Source of the DNA: the human T2T-CHM13v2.0 reference genome, Homo sapiens
DNA: 64,000 nucleotides
Assembly: GCF_009914755.1 (NCBI RefSeq)
Contig: NC_060947.1
Direction: 5' to 3' (one strand)
Shown here: one piece after another, positions 30,306 through 44,568 of the stretch
How the letters are laid out: each line of letters opens with the position of its first letter
How positions within the stretch are numbered: position 1 is the stretch's first letter
Translations under genes and position numbers: made by a program
The notes under the pieces: model-generated
Databases searched by the model: none
Told to the model about the DNA's origin: nothing
The model's input: the letters and a program-made list of their open reading frames with translations, nothing else

Positions 30306-31091
30306 TCATATATGATATCAACAGGAAGACCATGTGTATGGATGCGGGTGCAGATAGGTGAAATGATGTGGTGGTAGGAGTCTGTAGAAGTTCTCTTCTG
30401 ATGGCTTCAATTTTCTAGTGAAACAGGAAGCAGTGGAAGAATTAGTTAGGATATGGAGGCAGTATTAGGAGTTTGAGGAGAAAGAAGTTGCAAAATAATA
30501 ACTTGGAAAAGTCAGAAAGTTAAGGGACAGGAGACCTGTAGCATGATTGCCCAGCAGCATTAAAGTCTGGTTGGAGTTCATGGTCATGAAGTTAAATTAA
30601 GATTAGTCATGTGGTTGTGAATTTTCCCCTAGCCAGCTTTAGCTGTATGGGTGCAGGCTCATGGGGATGTAGCTGGATTTAGCCAGGGGTCGTGCTTTTG
30701 CCAAGCAACACAAAGTGCGAGAGGGGCAGGATAGTGGAGGGTATATGTAGACGAGTGGTTGTAAAGACTGAGCATGACATCTGAGCTAAGAAAGGAGAAG
30801 AGAGAGGACAATAAAGGGAAGAAGAGATAGTAAAAATCTGGTAAGATCAATGGATTGGAGATTCTGGTGAGGTTGAAAGAAAATAGGGTCCAAAGTGAGT
30901 GGGCTGAAAAGAGAGGAGCGTATGGTCAGAAAGAGGGATGTTTGAAATTGAGATCACAGAGGGGTCCCCAAAATTACAGTGACAAGAGCTAAGGTATGGC
31001 TACATGAGTGAGTACATGAGTGAGTAACTGAAGTGGAGTTGAGGACAATGTCATGGAGGAGAAATGTTCAAGGAACAGAAGGGGCTAGTTT

Positions 31092-31228
31092 GTCAGATTA
31101 TCAGAATGATTTTGTTTTGAGATGGGGGTTTTGCTAGGTTGCCCAGGCTGACTCAAACTCCTGGGTAACCTTCCCAACTTAGTCTTCTGAGTAGGTAGGA
31201 CTATGGTGAGTGCCACCATGCCTAGCTT
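31092..31228 (-). mobile_element. Alu monomer (FLAM-like)
   Basis: ttttgagatgggggttttgctaggttgcccaggctg...gccaccatgcctagc. Confidence 0.7.
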
Positions 31229-31951
31229 TAGAATGATCGATATTGAACTCACTAACAATTAAGACAGGACAACTACCATTGAGAATGACCATGTTCTCAG
31301 AGACAAAATGCCTGAGAAATGAGGGGAGAATATTTCTGACAACAGCAATAAGAGCTGGTTGGTGACACTAGCTGTCAAAAGCTGGAAGTTTTTAGGGAGG
31401 TGGGAGAGGGATTGCTATCTAAAGGCAGCAATGAGGAGCAGTAAAGTCACTTACACAACTTTTAGGATCTGTGGTACAGTGGTGGTAGGAGAGAAAAATC
31501 ATCTGCTCCTTGTGAGTGGGCTTCAGGGGATCCAGAGTCCTAAGGGAAGGGGGCATTCAGAGAAGAAGCTTAGACTATGGAGGATTAGCAAGGGTGCATT
31601 GTGTTTTATTAGTAGCGGAGGGGTGAGATACTGACCTAAAGAGGGGACGTGGACACAACCTTATGGAGGTTAGAATGTAGCAGTTGAGAGGTATCTTAGG
31701 ATACTTGTGGTGACTGGCACAAATGGAGATAAATGTTATCATTAGTCGAGTTCTAATAGATTCAAAGGAGATCAGTGTGGGAGAATTTTGAGGTTTGGTC
31801 TATGGAGAGGTGGGTATCTGGAGCTTCTTGTCAACCCCAAGGGATGTGGGGGGTGTGGTCTTAGACTTGGATCACTGGTTCAAACAAGGCTTCATTTTGC
31901 TCCTTCGCTGTGCTCAGAAGTCACATTAATCTGTAATGACAGAAAAACAGG

Positions 31952-34900
31952 CCAGAGGGCCAAGATGGCCAACTAGAAGCAGCTAGTGTGCACGGCTGTC
32001 ATGGAGTGGAATGGAAGGGGAGAGTAAATATAGCACTTTCAATGGAAGCATCCAGGTTCTCGCATTGAGATTAATCAAGGAAATAACTTGACCCATGGAG
32101 AATGGAGAAAAGCAAGGCAGGACGACGGCACACCCAGGTGCAACACAAAGCCAACGGAAGCTCCCCACCGAAAGAAGTGGTGAGTGAATGTGTGGTCCTG
32201 GGAACCCATGCTTCTTCCATGGATTTTTGCAACCCACAGGTCAGGAGATCCCGTCATGAGCCCACTCCATCAGGGCCTTCAGTCTCACACACAGAGCTAT
32301 GTGGAGTGCCGGCAGGAGAGCGGACATGCATGGAGAACCAGGAACTTTAGAAACTCTGGCTATCCGGGCATCCTAGCAAAAGTAGCTGCAACTCCAGCAA
32401 AGCAGGATGTTAGACCCCTGTACCTACCCCAGGAAAGAGACTGAATCCAGTGGGCCAAGCAGCCATGGTCTGTGGGCCCCACTTCCACAACACCTCACAG
32501 GATAAGACCTACTGGCCTGGAATTACAGCTAGCCACCAGTAGCAGTGCTGCACCTACTTGGGACAGAGCTCCAAGGGGGAGGGGCGGGCCGCCATGTTTA
32601 CTGTTTGGGTGACTTAGCCCTTCCAGCCTTTGGGATTTGGAAAGTCCAAACCAACTCGGGGCAGAAGGGATCCCCCAGCACAGCACAGCTGCTCTACCAA
32701 AACATGGCCAGACTGCTTCTCTAAGTGGGTCCTGATCCTATTCTTCCTTACTGGGAGGGACCTCCCAACCGGGGCCTCCAGCCACCCCTGTTGGTGATCT
32801 CTGGCTGACAGAGATTTGAAAATTCCCTGGGACAGATGTCCCAGAGAAAGGGCAGGCCACCATCTTTGCTTCTGCAGTGGAGCCGTCCTTGCTAACTTCG
32901 GGCTAACAAAGAAGCAGAGACCCTAAGTGCCTTCTCCACACCTCCAACAAACTACAGCCAACCCAAGGAGAAGATGCCAGTTTGTCTCTGAGGGGTCCGA
33001 CACACCCTCCATTGCTTGTCACCACACAGGAAACCCCTGGATTGGGCTTACAGCACAAAAACTCTATCCTGGGCTAACTGTACTGAGCTATTGCTGACTC
33101 ACATTTCTCTGGTGTGGAGCCCCCAGGAGACAAGCAAAGTGGTGAATTGGCAAGATAGCTGATGTGGAGCCTAGAGGTTTTGTTGCAGGAGTATCTGTAG
33201 TAGAGCATGGCCAGGCATGGCCACCCCTTTAAGCTCAACATGCCCCATAAGAGACTTTAGCACTATGGGAACTATCAGACCTGATCACTGCAGGGCAGTC
33301 TTGCACATCAGACGGGGCTGGTCAGACCTGAGCACTCCTTGGTCTGCTGTCCTCTCCCAGGGCCCCAGCCTGGCCACACCTGCTTACAGGGCAGTCTTGC
33401 GTGCTCTGGGGCCCACACCATAGCTTCTGTGCTGGTGGATCATGACTGACTTGTGGAGAGCTCCAGTGAGGCGGATCCTATGGCCGTGCACCAGCCTGCA
33501 TGTTAACTCCCCATAATATAGCTTCCCTCAAGCCCACAGCAACTCCCCACATCACTCTGCGGGCACCTGTCTACATGGGTGGGTTTTGCTTTACTTGCCC
33601 TGCCAGCATGTGGGAGTGCAATAGGCCCCCAACCCCTGCCGATTACTGTTGGAGATGGAGCCTTGGTGGCCACAGAGCCAGCAAGTCTTGCCTCACCAGC
33701 GAACAGTGAACAGGGGATCTGCCCATACCGTGAGTGATCACTCCTGCTTGTGGGGCACAGAGAAGGCACCCAGATCTGAGCCAGCCAGCACTCTGCCCCA
33801 AGCCAACATTACCTCCGAAGTAACAGCCTACACAGTCTCCAGCAGTGGCCCCCTGCTCCCTGCTCCCCACAGCTGCTTTGCCTCTGCTGCAGTGGTGAAT
33901 GCCCACAGGGAGGCAGGCACCTCTGCATCCACTAGCACTTGGCTGTAGCTGCTGCACCTTGATCCCCCCAGTACAGTAGACTCCAAACATCAAGGAGCCA
34001 GAGAACAAAGTTGGGGCCCAATACAAGTCCCCCAGAGATACAGCATGCAGTCCAGGGGTTGGGAGCTGAACATTGGCCCCCTAGTATCTTCCAGAAACGA
34101 AGCCAGATGGATGAATCCACCTTATACCACAATCAAACCCCCAAGGTCATCAAATAGGATAAAAGAAAAAAAACATCCAAAGGTCAGCAACCTCAAAAGT
34201 TGAAGGTAGGTAAGCCCACAAAGATGAGAAAGAATCAGTGCAAGAATGCTGAAAACTCAAAAAACCAGAGTACCTTCTTTCTTCCAAATGACTGCATCAC
34301 CTGTCCAGCAAGGGTTTGGAACCAGGCTGAGGCTAAGATGGCTGAAATGACAGATGTATAGGAAAGAAGTTCACTGAGCTACAGGGGTACATTGTAACCC
34401 AATGCAAGGAAGTTAGAAATCATGATAAAATATCATAGGAGCTGACAGACAAAATAGCCAGTATAGAGAAGAATGTAACTGACCTGATAGAGCTGCAAAA
34501 CACACTACAAGAATTTCATAATGCAATCACAAGTATTAATTGCAGAATAGACCAAGCAGAAGAAAGAATCTCAGAGCTTGAGGACTGCCTTTCTGAAGTA
34601 AGACGAGCAGATAAGAATATAGAAAAAAAGAATGAAAACGAATGAACAAAAACCTCCAAGAAATATGGGATTATGTAAAGAGACTGAATCTACGACTGCT
34701 TGGTGTACCTGAAAGAGATGGGAAGAATGGAATCAAATTGGAAAACATATTTCAGGATGTACTCCATGAGAAATTCCCCAACCTAACTACAGAGGCCAAC
34801 ATTCAAATTCAGCAAGTGCAGACCACCCCAGTAAGATACTCCACGAGAAGTTCATCCCTAACACACATAATCTTCAGCTTCTCTATAGTCAAAATGAAAG

Positions 34901-37900
34901 AAAAAATGTTAAAGGCAGCTGGAGAGAAAGGCCAGGTCACCTGCAAAGTGAAGCCCATCAGACTAACAGCAAAGGTCTCAGCAGAAACCCTAGAAGCCAG
35001 AAGAGATTAGGGGCCAATATTCAACATTCTTAAAGAAAAGAAATTCCAACACAGAATTTCACATCCATGCAAACTAAGCTTCATAAGCAAAGGAAAAATA
35101 AGATCCCTTTCAGACAAGCAAATGCTGAGGGAATTTGTTACCACCAGATCTGCCTTACAAGAGCTCCTGAAGGAAGCCCTAAATATGGAAATGAAAGACT
35201 GTTACTAGCCACTACAACAGCACATTAAAGTACACAGACCAGTGACACTATAAAGCAATCACATAACCAAGCCTACAAAATAACCAGCTAACATCATGAT
35301 GACAGGATCAAATCCACACAAATCAATACTAACCTTAAATGTAAATGGGCTAAGTGCCCCAATTAAAAGACACAGAGTGGCAAGTCAGATAAAGAACCAA
35401 GACCCATTGGTATGCTATCTTCAAGACACCCATCACACATGCAATGACAGACATAGACTCAACATAAGGGGATGGAGAAAAATCTACCAAGCAAATGGAA
35501 GACAGAAAAAAGCAGGTGATGCAATCCTAGTTTCTGACAAAACAGACTTTAAACCAACAGAGATAATAAAAGACAAAGAAGGACATTACTTAATGGTAAA
35601 GGGTTCAATTCAACAAGAAGATCTAACTATCCTAAACGTATATGCACCCAACACAGGAGCACCCAGATTCACAAAGCAAGCTCTTAGAGGCCTTCAAAGA
35701 CACGTAGACTTCCACACAATAATAGTAGGAGACTTACTGACAGTATTAGACAGATCATCGAAGCAGAAAATTAACAAAGATATTTAGGACCTGAACTCTG
35801 CATTGGATCAAATGGACCTGATAGACATCTACAGAACTCTCTACTGCAAACAAAAGAATATACATTCTTCTCATCATCACATGGCACATACTCTAAAATT
35901 GATCACACAATTGGAAGTAAAACACTCCTCAGCAAATGCAGAACAACTGAAATAATAAACAGTCTCTTGGACCACAGTGCAATCAACTTAGAAATCAAGA
36001 CTAAGAAATTCACTCAAAACGATACAATTACATGGAAATGGTAATTGTATTACAGTTCCATGAAAGACTCTCCTGAAAGATTTTAGGTTAAATAATGAAA
36101 TTGAGGCAGAAATCAAGAAGTTCTTTGAAACTAATTAAAACAAAGATATAACATACCAGAATTTCTGAGACACAGCTAAAGTAGCGTTAAGGGAGAAATT
36201 TATAGCACTAAATGCCCACATCAAAAAATTAGAAAGATCTTGAGTTAACAACCTAACATCACAACCAAAAGAACTAGAGAATCAAGAGCAAACAAATCCC
36301 AAAGCTAGAAGAAGACAAGAAATAACCAAAATCAGAGCTGAACTGAAGGAGATAGAGACACGAAAAACCATTCAAAAGATCACTGAATCCAGGAGCTGAT
36401 TTTTTGAAAAAAATTAATAAAATCAATAGACCACCAGCCAGACTAATGAAGAAGAAAAGAGAGAAGATTCAAATAAATACAACCAGAAACGGCAAGGGGG
36501 ATATTACCACTGACCCCCCACGGAAATACAAAAAACTATCAGAGAATATTATGAACAACTGTATGCACATAAACTAGAAACCCTAGAAGAAATGGATACA
36601 TTCCTGACACATACACACTCCTAGGACTGAACCAGGAAGAAATTGAATTCCTGAACGGACCAATAGTGAGCTCTGAAATGCAGGCAGTAATAGCCTAGCA
36701 ACCGAAAAAAGCCCAGGACCAGGGGATTCACAGCTGAATTCTATCAGATGTACAAAGAAGAGTTGGTACCATTCTTACTGAAACTATTCCAAAAATTGAG
36801 GAGGAGGTACTCTGCCCTAACTCATTCTATGAGGCCAGCATCATCCTGACACCAAAATCTGGCAGAGATACAACAACAACAACAACAACAACAAAATCTT
36901 CAGGCCAATATCCTTGATGAACATCGATGCAAAAATCCTCAACAAAATACTGGCAAACTGAGTCCAACAGCACATCAAAAGGCTTATGCAAGACAATAAA
37001 GTAGGCTTTATACCTGGGATGCAAGGTTGGTTCAACATATGCAGATCAATAAATTTGATTAATCACATAAACAGAACTCAAGACAAAACCACATGATTAT
37101 CTCAATAGATGCAGAAAAGGCTTTCAATAAAATTCGACATCCATTCATGTTAAAAATTCTCAATAAACTAGGTGTTGAAGGAACATACCTCAAAATAATA
37201 AGACCCATATATGACAAACCCACAGCCAGGATCATACTGAATGGGCAAAAGCTGGAAGCACTCCCCTTGAAAACAGGCACAAGACAAGGATGACCTCTCT
37301 CACTACTCCTATTCAGTATAGTATTGTAAGTTCTAGCCAGGGCAATCAGGCAAGAGAAAGAAATAAAGGGCATCCAAATAGGAAGAGAGGAAGTCAACCT
37401 ATTCCTATTTGCAGATAACATGCTCCCATATCTAGAAAAGGCCATCGTCTCAGCCCAAAAGCTTCTTAAGCTGATAAGCAACTTTTGCAAAGTCTCGGGA
37501 TACAAAATCAATGTGCAAAAATCACTAGCATTCCTATACACCAACAACAGTCAAGCCAAGAGCCAAATCAGGAATGAACTCCCATTCACAATTGCACACA
37601 AAGAATAAAGTATCTAGGAATACAGCTAACTAGGGAAGTGAAAGAAAAAAAAAAGAACTACAAATAAAAAAGGAGAACTGCTCAAATAAATCAGAGATAA
37701 CACAACCGTTCCACGCTCATGGCTAGGAAGCATCAATATCATTAAAATGATCATACTGCCCAAAGCAAATTATATTAATAGATTCAATGCTATACCTATT
37801 AAACTAACACTGACATTCCTCACAGAACTAGAAAAAATATTTTAGAATTCACATGGAACCAAAAAATAGCCAAGGCAATCCTAAGCAGAATGAACAAAGT

Positions 37901-39270
37901 TGGAGGCAAACCATGCTACAGGGCTACAGTAACCAAAACCTCATGGTACTGATACAAAAACAGGGACATAGACCAATAGAGCAGACTAGAGAAGCCAGAA
38001 ATAAGAACATATATCTACAATTATATGATCTTTGACAAACGTGACAAAAACAAGCAATGGAGGAAAGGATCCCTGTTCAACAAATTATGCTGGCATAACT
38101 GGCTAGCCATATGCAGAAGGTTAAATCTTGACTCTTTCCTTACATCATATAGAAAAATTAACTCAAGATAGATTGAAGACTTAAATGTAAAACCCAAAAC
38201 TATAAAACCTTGGAAGACAACCTAGGCAATACCATTCAGGTACGAGCAAATATTTCATGAAAAAGATGCCAAAAGCAATTGCAACAAAAGCTTCTGCACA
38301 ACAAAAGAAACTTGGTAGAGTAGACAGACAACCTACGGAATAGGAGAAAAGTTTTGCAAACCATGCATCTGAGAAAAGTCTAGTATCCAGCATCTATAAG
38401 GAACTTAAATAAATGTATAAAAGAAAAACAAACCCCATTAAAAAGTGGACAAAGGATGTTAACAGACACTTTTCAATAGAAGACATACATGTAGCCAATA
38501 ATCATATAAAAAAAGCTCAACATCACTGATCATTAGAGAAATGCAAATCAAAATGATAAGGAGATACCATCTCACGTCAGACAGAATGGCTATTATTAAA
38601 ATGTCAAAAAATAACAGATGCTGTCAAGGGTGTGGAGAAAAAGTATGCTTGTACACTGTTGGTGGAAGTATAAATTAGTTCAGCCATTGTGGAAGACAGT
38701 GTGGCGATTCCTCAAAGCCCTAAAGACAGAAATACCATTTGACTCAGCAATCCCATTACTGGGTATATACCCGAAGGAATAGAAATTGTTCAATTATAAA
38801 GACACATGCACAGGTATGTTCATTGCAACACTATTCACAATAGTAAAGACATGGAATCAACCTAAATGCCCATCAATTATAGACTGGATAAAAGAAAATA
38901 TGGTATATATATGCAGCATGGAATAATATGCAGCCATAAAAAAGAAAAAGGTCATGTCCTTTGCAGGGACATGGATGGAGCTGGAGGCCATTATCCTTAG
39001 CAAACTAATGCAGGGACAGAAAACCAAATACTGCATGTTCTCACTTGTAAGTGGGGGCTAAATGATGAGAACACATGGATACAGAGAGGAACAACACACA
39101 TTGGGACCTCTCAGGGGGTGGAGGGTGGGTGGATGGAGAGGATCAGGAAAAATATCTAATGGGTGTTAGGCTCAATATCTGGGTGATGAAATAATCTGTA
39201 GAAAATACCCATGACACAGTTTACCTATGTAACAAACCTGCACATGTACCCCCGAACTTAAAAAAAAATA
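31952..39270 (+). mobile_element. Near full-length older L1 (L1PA13-15/L1PREC2-like), ORFs disrupted
   Basis: 5' ccaagatggccaactagaagcagctagtgtg; ORF1 piece 34642-35010; ORF2 start MTGSNPHKSILTLNVNGL at 35299; RT pieces 37093-37608; 3' UTR and A-run 39260-39270. Confidence 0.93.
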
Positions 39271-40343
39271 CGCTGGAAGCTACACATCACATTCAGGATA
39301 GGACTACCCCTAGGGAAGTGGGAAGGTGAATGGAAGTGGAGGGAAGGTCAAGGAAACCTCAATTATTTTTTCGGTAAAGTTTTCATTCCTTAAAAGAAAG
39401 ACAAAGTAAATATACCTAATGTTAACAACATTGAAATCTGAGTAGTGGAAACACTGGTGTTTATTATATTTAATGCCAGGGACATTGTAGGTACTCAATT
39501 AATATTATTTGTTGAATGAGTATGCTTTTCTGTTTTGAAAGTTTCTCCAACAAACATACACAATTCTCAAATTAACAGAAAGTGCTACAAGAGCAAAGAA
39601 AAGGGAATGAAGTGAGGTGGGGAAGGCTTGAGAAATCCTTGTGGAAAGAATGATTTCTGATCTATATAGATCTATACCACCATACATGGGGTGCAAGTAA
39701 AAGACATAGTTCTACCTCCATCTTACCTTAAAGCGCTAAGGTTCTGGGTGAGTATCCAGAAAATGATCTTGAACGTTTAGTCCTTTTAAGTAACTACCGG
39801 ATCCTCAATTTTCTCTTCCAACAGACACTGGGTGGTGCTAGTGTCCAAAAATTCCTCCCTATCACGGATTTATTACTTCAATCCACATACATCTCCACAA
39901 CCAATGTGTCTTGTGGGCCAAAGTGCTAGGGATTGGGGATATAAAGGTGAATAGCAATAGCCTCAGTTGTTCTGTGATTATAAACTGACTGCTATCGTGT
40001 TCTGTGGCCGAGAAAGCTGCAAATGTGACTTTTACATTTCACAGGAGAGCACTACTGTCACAGAAATGTCCAGTTGTAGGGGTGAATGGCCCTGAACTAC
40101 CCACCCTCACCATGAGCACTCGTACTCCACGACGTGGCCAAGGATTAGAGCAGACAACACCGAGCCCCACTTCCAACCTACTGTTAGGTTGTCCTTAGGC
40201 CCCAATGGCTATAAAAAGCCTAGAGAGCCTATATACCGGTCATTCAGCTTGGACCTCTGTGTTACAGATGTTCTAAGCTCACTGGGCAAAATGTGTCTGC
40301 TTATTGCAGAGGCTTCTGTTATTGTGAAAGAGTGAGTGTACTT

Positions 40344-41420
40344 TGTTTTTTTTTTTTAAAGGTACTCAAATGTCAACTTTATTGTTTCTATATAAACACC
40401 TTTTTGTACTGAAAACTGTAAAAATAACAAAGTTTGCTGTGATTGCAGTTCAAATTTTTGAAAGCCAGAAAATCTAATTATGCTATAGCCAAACTACCTA
40501 ATGCTTTCTTTATCCACAAGTAACTTTGCTTCAATTTCTTGATGTTGGGTTTCATCTCACTGACTTTGGGCTTCTAAGACACATGGGAATACTTATATCG
40601 TCTTGGATTCTTTGGGTCAAATCAAACAGTAGAGCTAAAGTTATTCAAATACATTCAGATTACACAGATCCCTTATGAATTACTAGTATCATAGTAGGAA
40701 GAAAAAGATACAAGAAGAAAAATACATCCTAGAACTCATTATCAAAATTATTGGTGTATAGTCTGTTCTAGCATAGATTAGCTTTCTCAACCTGCTATAT
40801 AAAATTACCAGCAAGAAAAAAAGGTGCAAGAATAAGATTTATGGCTGAAGTGGCTTGGTGTCTTGATTCTCTATTCTAGCATTCTCAGAAGGATCCCATC
40901 CGTTAGACACGCAGAAACTGCAGGGACATTTGAATGGTCTTGATTCCTTCTTAACTCCCTTAGGCTCCTCGTTTGTTGGTCTTCTTTCATGCATACGAAC
41001 TCTGCCGAGTAACATGTATCTCGATCTTGCCATCTTTTCTCTCTGCACAGACAGCAATGTTCTTACTCCTCTCCTGCTGTAAAGCCACTCATCTTCGATT
41101 TCCCTGAGGACTTCTGCTCCTACAGACTCTCGACGGAGTAAAGCTTCCGATAGAGGGGAAACAGATTCGCTACTAGTGTTGATAGTCAAGTTACTAAGGT
41201 TCTTTATCAACGTCTCGGAGCAGATTTGAGAGGCCCCTGAATCGTCCCGGGAATTTTCTTCGGTGAGCATTTGTGGAGACTCTGGGATGTAGGTTGGATT
41301 AAACTTCTGTGATGGGTCCATCGGCGTCTTGACACAACACTAAGCTTCTCCTGGATCTTTGAAACGTAGCAGAAACTGATGACGGAGCCTCAAATTGCTA
41401 CAAGGTAGCCCGGAAAGAGC
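40344..41420 (-). pseudogene. DPPA3P1: Processed DPPA3 (STELLA/PGC7) retrocopy, whole insertion
   Basis: Intronless; poly-T at 40346-40357; AATAAA on minus strand at 40378-40383; perfect 16-bp TSD aagagtgagtgtactt at 40328-40343 and 41421-41436. Symbol assigned from recall. Confidence 0.93.
40839..41321 (-). CDS. Intact DPPA3-like ORF, 160 aa (expression unproven)
   Basis: MDPSQKFNPTYIP...YSRRGVRTLLSVQREKMAR...FKCPCSFCVSNGWDPSENARIENQDTKPLQP* is collinear with full-length DPPA3, no stop or frameshift; gacgccgATGg start context. Confidence 0.6.
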   Translation of the reverse strand: MDPSQKFNPTYIPESPQMLTEENSRDDSGASQICSETLIKNLSNLTINTSSESVSPLSEALLRRESVGAEVLREIEDEWLYSRRGVRTLLSVQREKMARSRYMLLGRVRMHERRPTNEEPKGVKKESRPFKCPCSFCVSNGWDPSENARIENQDTKPLQP

Positions 41421-41559
41421 AAGAGTGAGTGTACTTCGGATGAAGGGAATGTGGACCCTCAGGACTAAAGCAGTGGGAGAGGCCTGGGAGGTGGGGCCTG
41501 GGGAGGGCGAGGTCTGCTCTGAAGTCACCAAGCTCCTGATCTTAGAAGAGATGGTGGGC

Positions 41560-42300
41560 GCAGGCTCTGGAGGCTCAAGCGGAGGAGGGGAAGGAGGCGA
41601 GTCCGGAAACCCTCGGCCAATCAGAGAGGGCTGGGGCGGCGCCTGCTAGAAGGCTTAGCACTGCAGGGCTCTGGGCGGGAAGGCTAACCTGGTGCGGAGC
41701 CAGCCTGGGTCTCAGCCCCGCGTACGGCCTTTCACGAGTCTTCAAGCCTTCAGGTGAGTACCTGCGGCCTCGCAGGAGCCAGAGGACCATGGGGACGGGA
41801 AGGCGTGGGGGTCGCGAGGCGGGGGATGCCGCGCCTTCGGGAGCCAGAGGGGCTGGGGTTGGGGCTGGTGCTTGGTGTCTGCGCCGCCGCCAGGCCCGGC
41901 GAGTCCGAGCCTTTGTCTTTCTGGGGCGCCGCCTTCTGCGAGCGATGCCGAGCCCTCCCGGGGGCCGGTCCCTGGAAAGAAGGCCCCGGGGAGTCGGGGT
42001 GGGAGGCGGTGGTTGGAGGGGTAGGGGACCCTTAAAGCGGCCAGTCCGCGGTAGCTGCAGGTCAGAGGCTTCGAGGATGAAGAGTTTGGGGGCCGCCCGG
42101 AATGGGCCTTGTGGGGCTGGGCCCTGGTTCCTTTCCCTCCCGTGGCCGTTAGACTGGGCGTCTAACAACGCTAATAGTTATTTGAAAAAGTATGCAAACT
42201 GCTCCTGACAGACTGGCCTATGCGCCCGGCCCTGCTATTATTTATTGGTTAGTTCCAATTTCCCAGCTCCGAGCTTGGCGTCTGATCGCTTGGCAGAGGA
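41560..42300. promoter_or_regulatory. CpG island promoter of the thymosin beta-15 gene
   Basis: GC- and CpG-dense; ETS-like ccggaa 41603-41608, CCAAT 41617-41621, GC box ggggcgg 41633-41639. Confidence 0.85.
41690..41753 (+). other. TMSB15B: Non-coding exon 1 of thymosin beta-15 (start approximate)
   Basis: Strong donor CAG|GTGAGT at 41753/41754 downstream of CCAAT and GC boxes. Confidence 0.7.
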
Positions 42301-43186
42301 GGGTCTTAGGGTAACCTCGACAGAATGCAGGCATGTTCGACACTTCTGACTGCTTGGGGGCCTCTGCATTCTACGCCAGGGACTAGACGAAGTGTCTTAC
42401 TCCACCAGGGTGGGGCCGGGCTTGCTCATGAAAGCTCTACCTGGTATATCCTATTGTCTCTTCTGAACAAACTCGAGACTTTCACAGGGCACCAGGCATT
42501 TCGTCAGGTCCACAGCTACGCACGTCTGAGCCTCATCTCCTCCCTCTCTGCAGTGAAAACGTGAAAGAAGACCCACTTCTATTTGGTTTATTCCGTTCTG
42601 CTGAAGTCCTGGGTCTGATCCTAGTTAGCTGTCCCTTCTTACAGCGTTTACAAACCAGTGCCACAAGGAGCTATTATGAGACGTGTATTGTAGTGCCTTA
42701 ATGTACTGTCGTCTTTGGGGATTTAAAATAGATAGAAATTAATACAACTTATCTCATTCTTTTTTTGTGTGCTGCTCCCCATCTCCCAAGAAAAATGGCA
42801 AAACCAAAAGTAAATAGAAAGTGAAGATGCTCAAATGGTGCTATGTTCTGTTTCAAAATAATTACCTGGTTAAAACCAGTCTTTATTTTTTCTTCTATCC
42901 CTGTCTGGTCTTGTGCTTCTATCACCTCCATTTTATCCTTGCTGTGATTTTAAGAGTCAGACAAATGGCTCTGTGTTTCTAGAGCATCTTGGTTTCTGGT
43001 GCGTTATGATCCAATGACATTTACTGCCTATCAGAAACGGCAAATGATGTGGAGTTGAAATTATTCTAACAAAAATATAACTTTTCTAATATCTGTTGCT
43101 GTTTTTCTGTTGAAAATGAGCAGGTAGAATATACATTGATAGGAAATGTGAAAATTTTTGCTTGTGATCCCTTAGTCCGAAGATAG

Positions 43187-43696
<510 letters not shown>

Positions 43697-44568
43697 TAAT
43701 AGGTTCAGTAAATAAACCTATCTTCTAGTAATTTTTTTTACACAAAGTAAGCAATAATTAGAGTACCATGGTATTTAATGCAACAGTTAAAACTATCAAA
43801 TAGTTTTCTTCTGGTTCTCACATGATGGGCCCAGTAGTGATGGGGGAATAAAAAACTAGTTTTTTGTTGGAAAATTATTAAAAACCACATTAAAACCAAT
43901 CTTGGAATATTGGATGTAGCACTAAAAAACACTTAGTTTTTGTCTACTTTTGGGTATTTGGCATTTTTCTACATTTAAAAATTTGAGTCCATAATATTAT
44001 CCCTAACGAACCCTGTAGACTCTGCAGTTTTGACCTTCTATATCTGATGAAAAGATAAAGTGAGAACAAATTTAGATCTTAGTATGCTTAAAGCTCTCAG
44101 ATTCAAGGGATTGATTGGTTCTGCCCTCTGGAGTTATAGCCTGCTGGAGAAACTCTAAGCATATTCACAAAAGCCAAGGGGCACCTTTTGTTATGTCAGT
44201 TTTATTTGAGAGTTGCAATATTAGTTAAAATTATCTGAAAGTGTATAATTTTCTAACTGTATAGTGATAGACAAATCTGAAGAAAGTACTTCACTTACTC
44301 CTCAGTCTTGAATAATCTGAAAAAATGACAACAGCATTTGGAAAAACAAACCCTACAGTTGATGTAGTTTCTAATTGGTAGTTCAGGTACTTAATGTGTG
44401 CACACATGCAGGCACACACCCCACTCTGAGTTTTGTGTTTAATGCCTTGGCATTCTAAATTTAAAGCATGTATGGCAGCCTTCAATGACTTACAAAGAGC
44501 TCTTTTGGAAGAAGCTGAACTTAGTCTTAGGAAAATACTTTTGTAATTTTTGGTTTCTTTTTCCCCAG

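Larger units (their letters stand above)
27785..31560. mobile_element. L2 LINE fragments with other insertions
   Basis: attcatttaacaaatctttattg...ggatttttgagcag-like motif, gatgatggtgg, gagtttgaaatgcc; purine-rich L2 character. Confidence 0.65.

Noticed and set aside
40201-40220. CCAAT next to TATAAAA left of the DPPA3 insertion
   Set aside because: Motifs only a few bases apart, atypical spacing, and no associated exon found
41575-42208. Long overlapping ORFs (197, 139 and 93 aa) in the CpG island
   Set aside because: Low-complexity P/R/G/A translations expected in GC-rich DNA with few stop codons; no recognisable domain
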